From assembly GCA_021821785.1 (NCBI GenBank), contig JAKACD010000004.1, forward strand, positions 1,102 through 65,101: a stretch of DNA of 64,000 nucleotides, in the 5' to 3' direction. A model generated the notes under the pieces. The model worked only from the letters and a program-made list of their open reading frames with translations, made no database searches and was not told the DNA's origin. The DNA comes from Thermoplasmata archaeon (lineage in GTDB: Archaea > Thermoplasmatota > Thermoplasmata > Lutacidiplasmatales > UBA184). Position numbers and translations under genes: made by a program. Position 1 is the stretch's first letter. Every line of letters begins with the position of its first letter. Positions 16,278 through 24,854 of the stretch are shown here, piece after piece.

Positions 16278-18017
16278 ATGAGCGAGATCGCGGTCCGCGT
16301 CGGGGGCCAGGCCGGGGACGGGATCCAGTCGATCGGCGAATCGCTCGCCCGGGGCTTCTCGCGGATGGGCCTGCATGTCTTCGGTCTGAACGCGTACCAG
16401 TCGGTGATCCGGGGAGGCCATGTCTGGTTCCAGGCCCGCGCTTCGGACGGTCGGCCGGAATCCCCCGGCGACGGGGCCGACATCCTGTATGCGCTCGACC
16501 GCACGACGGTCGACGTCCACGCGGCCGGGCTCCGGTCGGGCAGCACCGTCATCTTCGACCCCGAGAAGTTCGCTCTCGCGGCGTCCGACCTTCCGAACGG
16601 CGTCACCCCGCTCGGGGTCCCGACGCTCGAGATCGCTCGGAAGTACACGAGCCAGTCGATCCTCCAGAACGCGGGCGGCCTCGGGGCGACCGCCTTCCTC
16701 GCGGGGATTCCGCTCGACCTTCTCCACCAGGTGCTGACCGATTCCTTCGGCCGCAAGGCGGGGGACATCGTGGCCTGGAATGTGGGCGCGTCGACCGATG
16801 GCTACCGCTTTGCCGAGCAGCACGCGAGCCCGAACGCCCGGGCGCTCTCCCGCCGGGGCGCGCCGAAGCTTTTGATGACCGGGAACTCCGCGATCGCCCT
16901 CGGGGCCGCGGCGGCCGGATGCAAGTTCCTCGCCCAGTACCCGATGACCCCGGCGTCGTCGATCATGCACTGGATGGCCGCCCACTCGACCCAGCTCGGG
17001 GTCGTCGTGAAGCAGGCGGAAGATGAGCTCGCGGCAATCAACATGGCGATCGGCGCCTCGTTCGCCGGTGTGCGCTCGATGACCGCCACGAGCGGTGGCG
17101 GGTTCTCGCTGATGGTCGAAGCGCTCGGGATGGCCGGGATGACCGAGACTCCGCTCGTCGTCGTCGACTCGCAGCGCGCCGGGCCCTCCACGGGGCTTCC
17201 CACGAAGACCGAGCAGGGCGACCTCAACCTGATGCTCGGGGCGGGCCAGGGGGAGTTCCCGCGGGCGATTCTCGCCCCCGCGACCCCGAGCGAAGCCTAC
17301 CGCGCCATGATCGACGCCTTCCGGCTCGCCGAGGAATGGCAGACGCCGGTGCTCGTGGCCGTGGACCTGCACCTCTCCGAGAACTACATGACCGTCGATC
17401 GCGAGGAGATCGACCTCGAGGTGCCGGTCCCGTCCCTGTTCCAGGTGCAGCCGAACGGCGGATCGTACCTGCGCTACCAGTACACCCCGTCGGGCGTTTC
17501 ACCGCGGGCGATCCCGGGCCAGCCCGGCCTCAACTTCGTGGCGGGCTCGGACGAGCACGACGAGCGCGGCCACCTCATCTCCGACATCCGGGCGGGGATC
17601 CCTCGCTGGATCTCCGAGCGTCAGCAGATGATGGAGAAGCGGATGCGCAAGCTCCACGGCCTGGCCGCGAACGCACCCGCTCCGGTCCTGGAAGGACCCG
17701 CCGATGCCCCGCTCACGTTCGTCGCGTGGGGCTCGACGGTCGCGGCCGTCCGGGACGCGATGGCCGAGCTCCGCGCCACCGGCCATCCGACCAACCTTCT
17801 GCGCTTTCCGACGCTCTACCCGCTCGACGCCGAGAAGGTGGCGGCGCTGCTCGGCAAGGCCCGAAAGACCCTCCTCGTGGAAGCGAACTTCTCCGGCCAG
17901 TTCGGCCGCCTCCTCCGGGCCGAGACCGGCTACCAGTTCTCCCACCGGCTCCTGAAGTATGACGGAGAGCCGTTCTTCCCGCACGAGATCGTCGCGCGGG
18001 CGCTCGAGGTGATGTAA
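16278..18017 (+). CDS. korA: 2-oxoacid:ferredoxin oxidoreductase subunit alpha (fused gamma-alpha type)
   Basis: The N-terminal VGGQAGDGIQSIG gamma-domain motif followed by the alpha domain (GNSAIALGAAAAGCKF, YPMTPAS). Confidence 0.9.
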   Translation: MSEIAVRVGGQAGDGIQSIGESLARGFSRMGLHVFGLNAYQSVIRGGHVWFQARASDGRPESPGDGADILYALDRTTVDVHAAGLRSGSTVIFDPEKFALAASDLPNGVTPLGVPTLEIARKYTSQSILQNAGGLGATAFLAGIPLDLLHQVLTDSFGRKAGDIVAWNVGASTDGYRFAEQHASPNARALSRRGAPKLLMTGNSAIALGAAAAGCKFLAQYPMTPASSIMHWMAAHSTQLGVVVKQAEDELAAINMAIGASFAGVRSMTATSGGGFSLMVEALGMAGMTETPLVVVDSQRAGPSTGLPTKTEQGDLNLMLGAGQGEFPRAILAPATPSEAYRAMIDAFRLAEEWQTPVLVAVDLHLSENYMTVDREEIDLEVPVPSLFQVQPNGGSYLRYQYTPSGVSPRAIPGQPGLNFVAGSDEHDERGHLISDIRAGIPRWISERQQMMEKRMRKLHGLAANAPAPVLEGPADAPLTFVAWGSTVAAVRDAMAELRATGHPTNLLRFPTLYPLDAEKVAALLGKARKTLLVEANFSGQFGRLLRAETGYQFSHRLLKYDGEPFFPHEIVARALEVM

Positions 18018-18018
18018 G

Positions 18019-18918
18019 ATGGCCGACACGACCGTGGCGCCGAAGGCGACGACCGTCGGAACCGCGCTCCCCCTCGTCGGCAAGACCGACACGAAGCCAA
18101 CCTGGTGCCCGGGGTGCGGCGACTTCGGGGTCGTTGCCGCGGTCGAGATGGCCGTGAAGCGGCTCGGGATCCCGAGCCACAACGTGGTCATCGTCTCGGG
18201 CATCGGCTGCTCGTCGAACCTCCCCCACTTCCTCTCCTCCTACGGGTTCCACGGGATCCATGGACGCGCGCTCCCGGTCGCGGAGGGGATCCGCTGGGCG
18301 AACCACGGGCTCACCGTGATCGGCACGGGCGGGGACGGCGACGGGTTCGGTATCGGGGCGGGCCACTTCGTGCACGCGATGCGGCGCAACGTCGACCTCA
18401 CCTACGTCACCATGGACAACCAGATCTACGGGCTCACGACCGGCCAGGCGAGCCCGACCTCCACGATGGGCCAGAAGACGAAGTCCACGCCGAATGGCGT
18501 CATCGAGAACCCGATCGACCCGATCGCGCTCGCCCTCGCCAGCGGAGCGACGTACGTCGCGCGGGGCTTCTCGGGCGATGTGAAGCACCTCGCCGATCTG
18601 GTCGCGAAGGGGATCCAGCACAAGGGCTTCGCGCTCGTGGACGTCTTCAGCCCCTGCGTGACCTACAACAAGATCAACACGTTCGACTTCTTCCGCCAGC
18701 GCGTCTACAAGCTCGAGAGCGCCGGGCACAACCCCGCCGACCTCGTCGCCGCCTGGCAGCGGTCGCTCGAGTGGGGGGACAAGATCCCGATCGGGCTGTT
18801 CTATGAGACCGACCGCCCGACCTACGAGGATCTCGAAGAGGTCCTCTCCGCGGGGCCGCTCGCCCTTCAGCCGGCGGGTCTCCACGGGAAGGAGAAGCTC
18901 CTCGACGAGTTCGTCTGA
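18019..18918 (+). CDS. korB: 2-oxoacid:ferredoxin oxidoreductase subunit beta (TPP-binding)
   Basis: WCPGCGDFG cluster/TPP motif and the GGDGDG TPP-binding motif. It lies directly downstream of korA. Confidence 0.92.
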   Translation: MADTTVAPKATTVGTALPLVGKTDTKPTWCPGCGDFGVVAAVEMAVKRLGIPSHNVVIVSGIGCSSNLPHFLSSYGFHGIHGRALPVAEGIRWANHGLTVIGTGGDGDGFGIGAGHFVHAMRRNVDLTYVTMDNQIYGLTTGQASPTSTMGQKTKSTPNGVIENPIDPIALALASGATYVARGFSGDVKHLADLVAKGIQHKGFALVDVFSPCVTYNKINTFDFFRQRVYKLESAGHNPADLVAAWQRSLEWGDKIPIGLFYETDRPTYEDLEEVLSAGPLALQPAGLHGKEKLLDEFV

Positions 18919-18949
18919 GGGCCCCGCGGCCCCTCCCGGTGGGAGCTCC

Positions 18950-21007
18950 TTAGCCGGCTCCGGCGACCGCGAAGAGGTACGCGTCCCCGTACTCGCGGAC
19001 GAGCGGGAAGGCCGTCGGCGCGGCGAGGAGCGGCGCCGGTGAGAAGGGAGGCCAGAGCGTCGTGCTGGCGCCGGTCACGAGGATGTACTGGACCGCCAGG
19101 GCCGTGATCGCCGCGCGCCCGGCGACATCGAGCGTGGCGTTCGAGAGCTCCTCGACCACGAGATTGTACGACCGGTTGGTCCACTCGAACCCCGGAATGA
19201 GCGGGTACAGCAGAACGACGTTGGCCGCGTACCCCGGAAGGAAGTCGGCCGCGCTTCCCGGGGCGATGAGGACCCGGGCGCCCGCGGGAAGATAGCTCCC
19301 GGCGAACGCAAGGAGCTCGAGGTCGTCGGCGGTCACGTTCCCGAGATCGTGGTAGAGCGGCGCGAGCATCGGCGGATAGGTGACGGCCGTGACGGCGACC
19401 CCCGGCATGACGATCACGAGCGCGACCCCGAGCGCGAGGACCGCGCGCTTTGGGTCGAACGCGGCTAGGTCGCGGCGCCGCCGACGGACCCCGGGCCCGG
19501 CGTCGCCTTCCCTCGAATGCCGGTCGAACCAGCTCCCGCAACGCTCGACCGCGAGAACGAGCGGCAGCGCCGCGACGAAGACGTACAGCGTGAAGAGCAG
19601 AATAGAGAGCTCGCCGCTGCTCGTGATCGCCGCGACCACCCGCGCGATCGGGATCGGCTGTGCGGCGGCCCAGATCAGCGCGAGGAGGGCCACCAGGACC
19701 CCGGCCCCGACGATCGCGAAGCGGCGGAACCCGGCGAGATACCGTTCGAGCTCGGAGCCGCGCCGGACGAGGAGGAGCAGGGCGAGCCCGACCACGAGCA
19801 GGACCGCGAGCTCGGCCCGGATCTCGGTGACCGGGGAGAGCTGGATGTCGCCGGGCCGGAAGAGGAAGGGGTCGATGCTGCCGAGGAACTCGCTCGCGGT
19901 GATGCCGGTGGGGGTTCCCGCGGGCGGCGCCGCCGCTCCCGGGACGAAGCCGGGGCTCGCATGGCCCAGGACGAGGATGTACAGGGACGGGAGGACGCCG
20001 ACGAGCGAGGTGGCCGTGGCCACGAGCCACACCCCAAGCCGCCGTCCGAGCGCCGGAGCCGAGAACGGACCGGCCACGAGCAGGCCGATGAGCACGGTAG
20101 GGGCGAGCCACTCGACGCCGACCGGGTTCATCGCGGCGGAGTACCCCGCGAGAAGCCCGAAGCCGAGCGCGTCCCAGCGCCCGGGTCCTGGAGCACGGAA
20201 CCAGGTGTTCGCCTCGCCCGCGAGTAGCAGGACGAGCGGGAACGCGAACACGAAGTCGTTGCTCCCCTGGACCATGCCGCGGGTCATCGGCGCGAGCCAG
20301 GCCATCGTCAGGGCGAACGCGAGCCCGGCCCGCTCGCTGCCGAACCAGCGACGCCCGAAGACGAAGCCACCGAGGGGGGCGAGGGCGATGAACAGGGGAG
20401 TGACGAGGAGGCTTGTACGGGCCGCGGGGAGGCCCAGCGCGAGTTGCGCCCAGCCGAGCCAGACCGTGGTCCCCTGGGGGTAGAGGATCGCAGGGGAGGC
20501 GTACGGGGAGAAGGAGAGCGGGATCATGTGGTGATCGAGCAACAGCGCGACGTACGTCGTGAGCAGTCCGGAATCGAACGTGTTCCCCGTGCCGACGGGC
20601 GTCGTGATCGCGAGCTCGATCAAGAACAGGGCGAGCGCAGAGGCGGCGGTAAGGAGGTACGGCGGACGCAGGAGCTGGCCGAACGACCGTGCGACGGTCT
20701 CGCCGGACCTCGCGGAAACCGCTCGGTCTCGGGCGACGACCAGGAGGAGACCGAGGCCCGCGACGATCGGTAGGCCGAGAACGATCGGGGCGACGAAGAG
20801 CCCGAGCGGCACCGCGGCGACGAGGTAGAGGAGCGCGCCTCCGAGGAAGAAGTCGAGGAGACCCCGCTCGATCGGATCCCCGAGCGACCATGCGCACACA
20901 TACCGCGCGACCCCGTAGCGAACGAGCTCCCCCAGCGCGACCGCCGTTCCCGCCCAGGCGAGCAGGGCGATCGCGAGCTCGCCCGTCGCCGGCCCCGGGA
21001 GTCCCAC
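18950..21007 (-). CDS. large polytopic membrane protein (about 14 TM) with C-terminal extracytoplasmic domain; possible GT-C-like glycan-processing enzyme
   Basis: 685 aa with a GTG start and continuous hydrophobic helices. The soluble C-terminal ~150 aa carry three N-x-S/T sequons (NVT, NRS, NAT). It is divergent from a flippase gene. No WWDYG motif was seen. Confidence 0.65.
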   Translation of the reverse strand: MGLPGPATGELAIALLAWAGTAVALGELVRYGVARYVCAWSLGDPIERGLLDFFLGGALLYLVAAVPLGLFVAPIVLGLPIVAGLGLLLVVARDRAVSARSGETVARSFGQLLRPPYLLTAASALALFLIELAITTPVGTGNTFDSGLLTTYVALLLDHHMIPLSFSPYASPAILYPQGTTVWLGWAQLALGLPAARTSLLVTPLFIALAPLGGFVFGRRWFGSERAGLAFALTMAWLAPMTRGMVQGSNDFVFAFPLVLLLAGEANTWFRAPGPGRWDALGFGLLAGYSAAMNPVGVEWLAPTVLIGLLVAGPFSAPALGRRLGVWLVATATSLVGVLPSLYILVLGHASPGFVPGAAAPPAGTPTGITASEFLGSIDPFLFRPGDIQLSPVTEIRAELAVLLVVGLALLLLVRRGSELERYLAGFRRFAIVGAGVLVALLALIWAAAQPIPIARVVAAITSSGELSILLFTLYVFVAALPLVLAVERCGSWFDRHSREGDAGPGVRRRRRDLAAFDPKRAVLALGVALVIVMPGVAVTAVTYPPMLAPLYHDLGNVTADDLELLAFAGSYLPAGARVLIAPGSAADFLPGYAANVVLLYPLIPGFEWTNRSYNLVVEELSNATLDVAGRAAITALAVQYILVTGASTTLWPPFSPAPLLAAPTAFPLVREYGDAYLFAVAGAG

Positions 21008-21083
21008 GCGACTCGGAGCCGCGGTCGGCTAAATGAAGGCTGCCGCCGGAACGCCAGCTATTTACCCGCCCGCGGGAGCCGGG

Positions 21084-22658
21084 GTGCAGGAACGTCTCTT
21101 GGCCACGGGGTCTGCCGCGGGGGTCCGGGAAGGACTTTCTACCGTCACGCGCGGGACGCTCCTCGTCCTCATCGGCACGCTCGGCCTCATCGGCCTCACC
21201 TTCGTCTCTCGGGTGTTCCTCATCCACACGATCTCCTACCCCGAGTGGAACGCCTTCTCCTTCGGCCTGACCCTCGCCGCGCTCCTGTCGTCGTTCGGAA
21301 CGCTCGGCCTCCCGAGCGCGGTCGCCCGCAGCATCCCCTACGCGGCCTCGGACGACGAACGACGGGCGTTCGTCCGCGGCAGCCTCTGGATCGGAGGGGG
21401 GGCCGCGATCGCGAGCGGGCTGCTCCTGTGGCTCTTCTCCGGCCCGATCGGCACGATCCTCGGCGACCCCGTCATCGGGTTCGGTCTCTCGATATTCCCG
21501 ATCGCGGTCGCCTGTTCGATCCTCGCGTCGATGATCGTCTCGATCTTCCAGGGGTTCGAGGACGTCTTCCCCAACGCGATCTTCCTCTCGATCGTCAACC
21601 CCGGGCTCTTCGTCGTCTTCCTTGGGGTCGCTCTCTTCCTGCCCCCGTTCGGGATCTCGTACACGGAGTCGCTGGTCGCCTACGCGCTCGCGAATGTCGT
21701 GACCCTCGCGCTGCTCGCCGGGTACGCCGTGCGTCGGCTCCCCCGGCACCTCCCGAGCGGGCCCCGCGCTCCCGCGGCCCTCGGTAAGCTCCTCCGCTTT
21801 GCCGCGCCGCTGTTCATCGTCGGCATCATGGGCAGCATCTCGGGTTCCGGCGACACCCTGATCCTCGGCGTCTTTCACTCGAACGAGGTCGGGACCTACT
21901 CCGCCTCGCTCACGCTCGCCCGCCTGCTCCAGGTCGGGGTCAGCGCCCTCGGGTACATTTTCCTCCCCGTGGCGACGAGGTTCCTGCGGCAGAGCGAACC
22001 CGGATCGATCCTGCTGACCTACGCGACCGCGACCAAGTGGATGATCCTGCTCTCGCTGCCGCTGTTCGTCCTGTTCTTCTTCCTGCCCGCGAGCTCCCTG
22101 GGGTTCGTCTACGGGTCCGGGTACGCGCTCGTGGTCGCGCCCCTCCAGATCGCGGTCGTCGGCGCCTTTGTTACGACGTTGTGCGGACCGGCGACCACCG
22201 CGCAGGTCGTCTACGGGCAGACCCGCCTCCTGATGGTGAACGCCGTCGCGGGGGGCCTCATCGACCTGGGTCTCTCCTTCCTCCTGATCCCGGCGTACGG
22301 CTACGCGGGGGCCGCCGTGGCGTGGGCCGGGGCGAACGTCGCCTATACGGCGCTATCCCTCGGTCAGGTCGCGCTCGCCTACCGGGTCCACCCGTTCTCG
22401 CGGGACTTCGTCCTGCCGGTCCTCGCCACCGCTCTCCCCATCGGTGCCGCCCTCTTCCTCCTCCGGCCCGCGCTCCCCTACCTCGCCGTGCCGCTGCTCG
22501 GGCTCGCGATCGCCGGGCTGTTCCTTCTGATCGTCCTCGCGACCCGGAGCATCGGTGAGGGGGACCGCCTCTTGCTCGAGGCCGTCGAGCGCCTGATCGG
22601 GCGACCGCTCTACCTCGTTCGTCGGCTCGGTCGTTACGGGCTCCGTCGGACCGGCTGA
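21084..22658 (+). CDS. MOP-superfamily oligosaccharide/polysaccharide flippase (Wzx/AglR-like)
   Basis: About 12-14 TM helices with Wzx-like N-terminal pattern. The ORF opens at the ATG at 21033. A TATA-like CTATTTAC at 21058-21065 favours the GTG at 21084 (or TTG at 21099) as start. Confidence 0.78.
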   Translation: MQERLLATGSAAGVREGLSTVTRGTLLVLIGTLGLIGLTFVSRVFLIHTISYPEWNAFSFGLTLAALLSSFGTLGLPSAVARSIPYAASDDERRAFVRGSLWIGGGAAIASGLLLWLFSGPIGTILGDPVIGFGLSIFPIAVACSILASMIVSIFQGFEDVFPNAIFLSIVNPGLFVVFLGVALFLPPFGISYTESLVAYALANVVTLALLAGYAVRRLPRHLPSGPRAPAALGKLLRFAAPLFIVGIMGSISGSGDTLILGVFHSNEVGTYSASLTLARLLQVGVSALGYIFLPVATRFLRQSEPGSILLTYATATKWMILLSLPLFVLFFFLPASSLGFVYGSGYALVVAPLQIAVVGAFVTTLCGPATTAQVVYGQTRLLMVNAVAGGLIDLGLSFLLIPAYGYAGAAVAWAGANVAYTALSLGQVALAYRVHPFSRDFVLPVLATALPIGAALFLLRPALPYLAVPLLGLAIAGLFLLIVLATRSIGEGDRLLLEAVERLIGRPLYLVRRLGRYGLRRTG

Positions 22659-22925
22659 GCGGTCGGGAGCGGACGCCGGCGCGCGGCGGCCCTCCCGTAC
22701 GTGTTCCACCAGCAGGAGCAGGACGCCCGCGCCGAGCAGGAAGAAGACGAACTCCGCGAGCGTGTTCGCGGAGGAGGTCGCTCCGAGGGCGTCGACGACC
22801 GCGGTGACCACGAGCAAGACGAGGGCCGCGCCGATCGGGAGCCGGGCATCGAGCTGGGCCCAGACCGAGTAGACCATGTAGGCGAGGAGGAGCCCGAGGA
22901 ACACCTCCACGAAGGGAAACGCCAC
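22353..22925 (-). CDS. small membrane protein (3 TM) with long acidic tail; 3' 306 nt overlap the convergent flippase gene
   Basis: The N-terminal 80 aa form three clean TM helices with GC3-biased codons. The frame has no stop until 22353. An AT island at 22957-22964 lies about 35 nt upstream. Confidence 0.4.
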   Translation of the reverse strand: MAFPFVEVFLGLLLAYMVYSVWAQLDARLPIGAALVLLVVTAVVDALGATSSANTLAEFVFFLLGAGVLLLLVEHVREGRRAPASAPDRSAGPTEPVTTEPTNEVERSPDQALDGLEQEAVPLTDAPGREDDQKEQPGDREPEQRHGEVGERGPEEEEGGTDGESGGEDRQDEVPRERVDPVGERDLTEG

Positions 22926-23098
22926 GACCGTCCTCTCTCACCTACCCGCGCGCCCCTCAAAATCCCACCGCCTTCCAGGAGAGGTCCCGACCCGGTGGGA
23001 CCGAGAGCAGCCGGGAGCAGATCTCCCCGGCCGTATAACCGGAGGCGGCTTCGCATCAGGTTTAGATAGGGTGTACATCATGCCTAAGTAGCGGGGGG

Positions 23099-23704
23099 TT
23101 GTCTCCCCCTGTCCTGATGGCGACTGTCCCTTGGGGCCGCCGCATCGTTCCGCTTGCCCTGGGGGCGGCGATGCTCGCGGTCGTCATTGCCGCCGCGCTC
23201 ACCCCCGACGTGGGGGTCGTGCAGGCTCAGACGACCGGCGGCTACGTTCAGCAGAGCAGCACGAACGCACTGAGCCCCTACGTGATCGGGGCGATCGTCG
23301 CGGTCGTGCTCGCCGCCATCCTGGTCGCCCTCTTCTTCATGCGCCGGCGCCGGCCGCCGACCGCCGCCGCCCCGGCCGCTGTGCAGCCATGGGAGAGTGG
23401 GGGAGCGCCGGGAGCCGGGCCCGCGGCCCCGCCCCCGTCCGCTCCCCCGGCCATGGCCCCGGTGGCGCCACCGCCGCCGGCCGCTCCGGCCTATCTCGAA
23501 ACGCCCGAGGACGTCGGTCAGTCGCCCCCTGTGGTCCCCGCGCCGAAGACCGCGGTCGCGCCGCCTCCGGCTGCCGCCGAGGAGGGAGAGCCGGACATCG
23601 ACTCGCTCATGGCCGAGCTCGACAAGATCAGCGGGGAGATCCTGAAGCGGGCCCCCAAGAAGGGCTCGCCACCCTCCGAGCCACCGAGCGAAGGGAACCC
23701 GTAA
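23099..23704 (+). CDS. bitopic membrane protein with Pro/Ala-rich cytoplasmic tail, hypothetical
   Basis: Signal/anchor helix, a short exposed segment, a second TM helix and RRRR stop-transfer, then a ~120-aa P/A-rich region ending in the amphipathic DIDSLMAELDKISGEILKR. TTG start, with an alternative ATG at 23117. Confidence 0.6.
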   Translation: MSPPVLMATVPWGRRIVPLALGAAMLAVVIAAALTPDVGVVQAQTTGGYVQQSSTNALSPYVIGAIVAVVLAAILVALFFMRRRRPPTAAAPAAVQPWESGGAPGAGPAAPPPSAPPAMAPVAPPPPAAPAYLETPEDVGQSPPVVPAPKTAVAPPPAAAEEGEPDIDSLMAELDKISGEILKRAPKKGSPPSEPPSEGNP

Positions 23705-23759
23705 CACGCGCTTCCCCGGACGCGCGCTCCTTAAGAGGGGGCGATTGGTCGTGCGGTCA

Positions 23760-24014
23760 ATGGTGGCGGCTACCGGCACCCCGGAGGAGGAGACGCTGCT
23801 CTCCGCCCTCCGCGCGGCGATCGGCCACGCGGAGCGTCGTCCGGCCGAGATCGAGGTCGGCGTGGCGCTCTCCATCGCCCTTGGGCGGCGTCGGCCGGCG
23901 GTCTCCTGCGGGGGCTGTTCCACCCCCCTCGAGTTCGAGGGGATCCCCGCCCGCACGAACGTGACGCTCTCCGAGCCGTTCCGCCTCGTCTTCGAGGGGC
24001 CCTCGGGGTCATAA
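23760..24014 (+). CDS. small hypothetical protein (84 aa)
   Basis: GC3-biased ORF. The ATG at 23760 lies 27 nt downstream of the AT island CCTTAAGAG (23729-23737). It has a single CGGC pair. Confidence 0.4.
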   Translation: MVAATGTPEEETLLSALRAAIGHAERRPAEIEVGVALSIALGRRRPAVSCGGCSTPLEFEGIPARTNVTLSEPFRLVFEGPSGS

Positions 24015-24048
24015 GCGGGTTCGGTCGTCAGGTCGGAGGCTCGATCGC

Positions 24049-24735
24049 GTGGCGTTCTCTCTCATCGGCAGCGTCGTGGACGTGATCATCCTGATCATGA
24101 CCACGGTCGGACTGCCCGGCCTCTTCGCGCTCATGGCCGTCGAGAGCTTCGGGGTCCCGCCGGTCCCGAGCGAGGTGATCCTCCCGTTCGCAGGGTTCCT
24201 CATCGCCGACGGTACCTATTCGCTGACGGGGGCGCTCACGGTGGCCCTCCTCGGAGGACTCATCGGTTCGTTCGCCGGCTATGCGGTCGGACGCTGGTGG
24301 CGGCACCGGATCACCGGCCTCGGCCTGGGACGCTTGCGCCTCGAGCCCCGCCATCTCGAGCGGATGGACCGGTACTTCGCTCGGCGCGGCGAGGTCACCG
24401 TGGGCGTCGCGCGGCTCCTTCCGGTGGTCCGAAGCTACATCTCCTATCCCGCGGGGACGGCGAAGATGCCGGCGGCGCGCTTCGGGATCTACACGCTCGT
24501 CGGGTCGGTCCCGTTCACCTTCGGGCTGATCTACGCGGGCATGGTGCTCCGCTCCAACTGGACCGTCGTCACCTCCTACTTCACCCTCCTGAACTACCCG
24601 CTCATCGCCCTCGTAGGGTTGGCCGTGATCTACATCCTGCTCCAGATCGTCGGAGTGCTGGCGCCCGGTTGGCCACCCCGGCGGGCCGTCCGCGCGTCGC
24701 CGGGCGCCGAAGCGACCCCGCCCCCACCCAGTTAG
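24049..24735 (+). CDS. dedA: DedA/SNARE-associated family membrane protein
   Basis: ESFGVPPVPSEVILPFAGF and GVARLLPVVRSYISYPAG motifs typical of DedA. Confidence 0.88.
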   Translation: MAFSLIGSVVDVIILIMTTVGLPGLFALMAVESFGVPPVPSEVILPFAGFLIADGTYSLTGALTVALLGGLIGSFAGYAVGRWWRHRITGLGLGRLRLEPRHLERMDRYFARRGEVTVGVARLLPVVRSYISYPAGTAKMPAARFGIYTLVGSVPFTFGLIYAGMVLRSNWTVVTSYFTLLNYPLIALVGLAVIYILLQIVGVLAPGWPPRRAVRASPGAEATPPPPS

Positions 24736-24854
24736 TTCACCCTGAGAGGACCTCTCTGCCTCGAGCCGTCCGCGGTCGCGGGCGTGCGCGGCTCGATCCT
24801 CTCGGGCCGCTCGCCCCGACCAGAGTTCGAGCCCGGCGGCCGCGCGGCGGGAAC

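Noticed and set aside
16191-17372. The upstream part of the 482-aa minus-strand ORF that contains MoaD.
   Set aside because: Only the last 88 codons look like MoaD. The rest is antisense to korA and compositionally Arg/Pro/Gly-rich.
18867-21878. A 1003-aa ORF on the minus strand, and similar giant ORFs such as 24028..26271, 13610..15778, 29018..31540, 29352..31517, 32424..34598, 56152..57897 and 60579..62501.
   Set aside because: These ORFs are extremely Arg/Pro/Gly-rich and lack motifs. They lie out of frame or antisense to genes with unmistakable family signatures (membrane protein/flippase, pyrC, acd, polB, EF-2, Lhr, UvrB). Long open alternative frames are expected in very GC-rich DNA.
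22983-23002. The hairpin GGTCCC-GACCCGGT-GGGACC in the 173-nt divergent spacer, considered as an ncRNA or riboswitch fragment.
   Set aside because: It is a short single stem with no further conserved-looking structure, and the spacer is too small for RNase P or SRP RNA. It is kept only as a note.
23080-23091. A mini-ORF, ATG CCT AAG TAG, in the leader of the Pro-rich membrane protein gene.
   Set aside because: It has three codons with no supporting signal and is most likely fortuitous.
23390-23600. Repetitive-looking GC-rich tract examined as a possible tandem repeat or CRISPR-like array.
   Set aside because: It is the Pro/Ala-rich coding region of the 23099..23704 ORF, with CCG/GCC codon reiteration. 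There is no repeat-spacer periodicity. No CRISPR-like array was seen anywhere in the window.
24736-24854. GC-rich hairpins (CGAGCCG...CGGCTCG, GAGAGG-A-CCTCTC) and a tRNA-T-arm-like GTTCGAGCC in the dedA/pyrC convergent spacer.
   Set aside because: I could not build a cloverleaf. There is no complementary T stem, acceptor stem or anticodon arm on either strand. It is probably ordinary GC-rich secondary structure in a 3' UTR.
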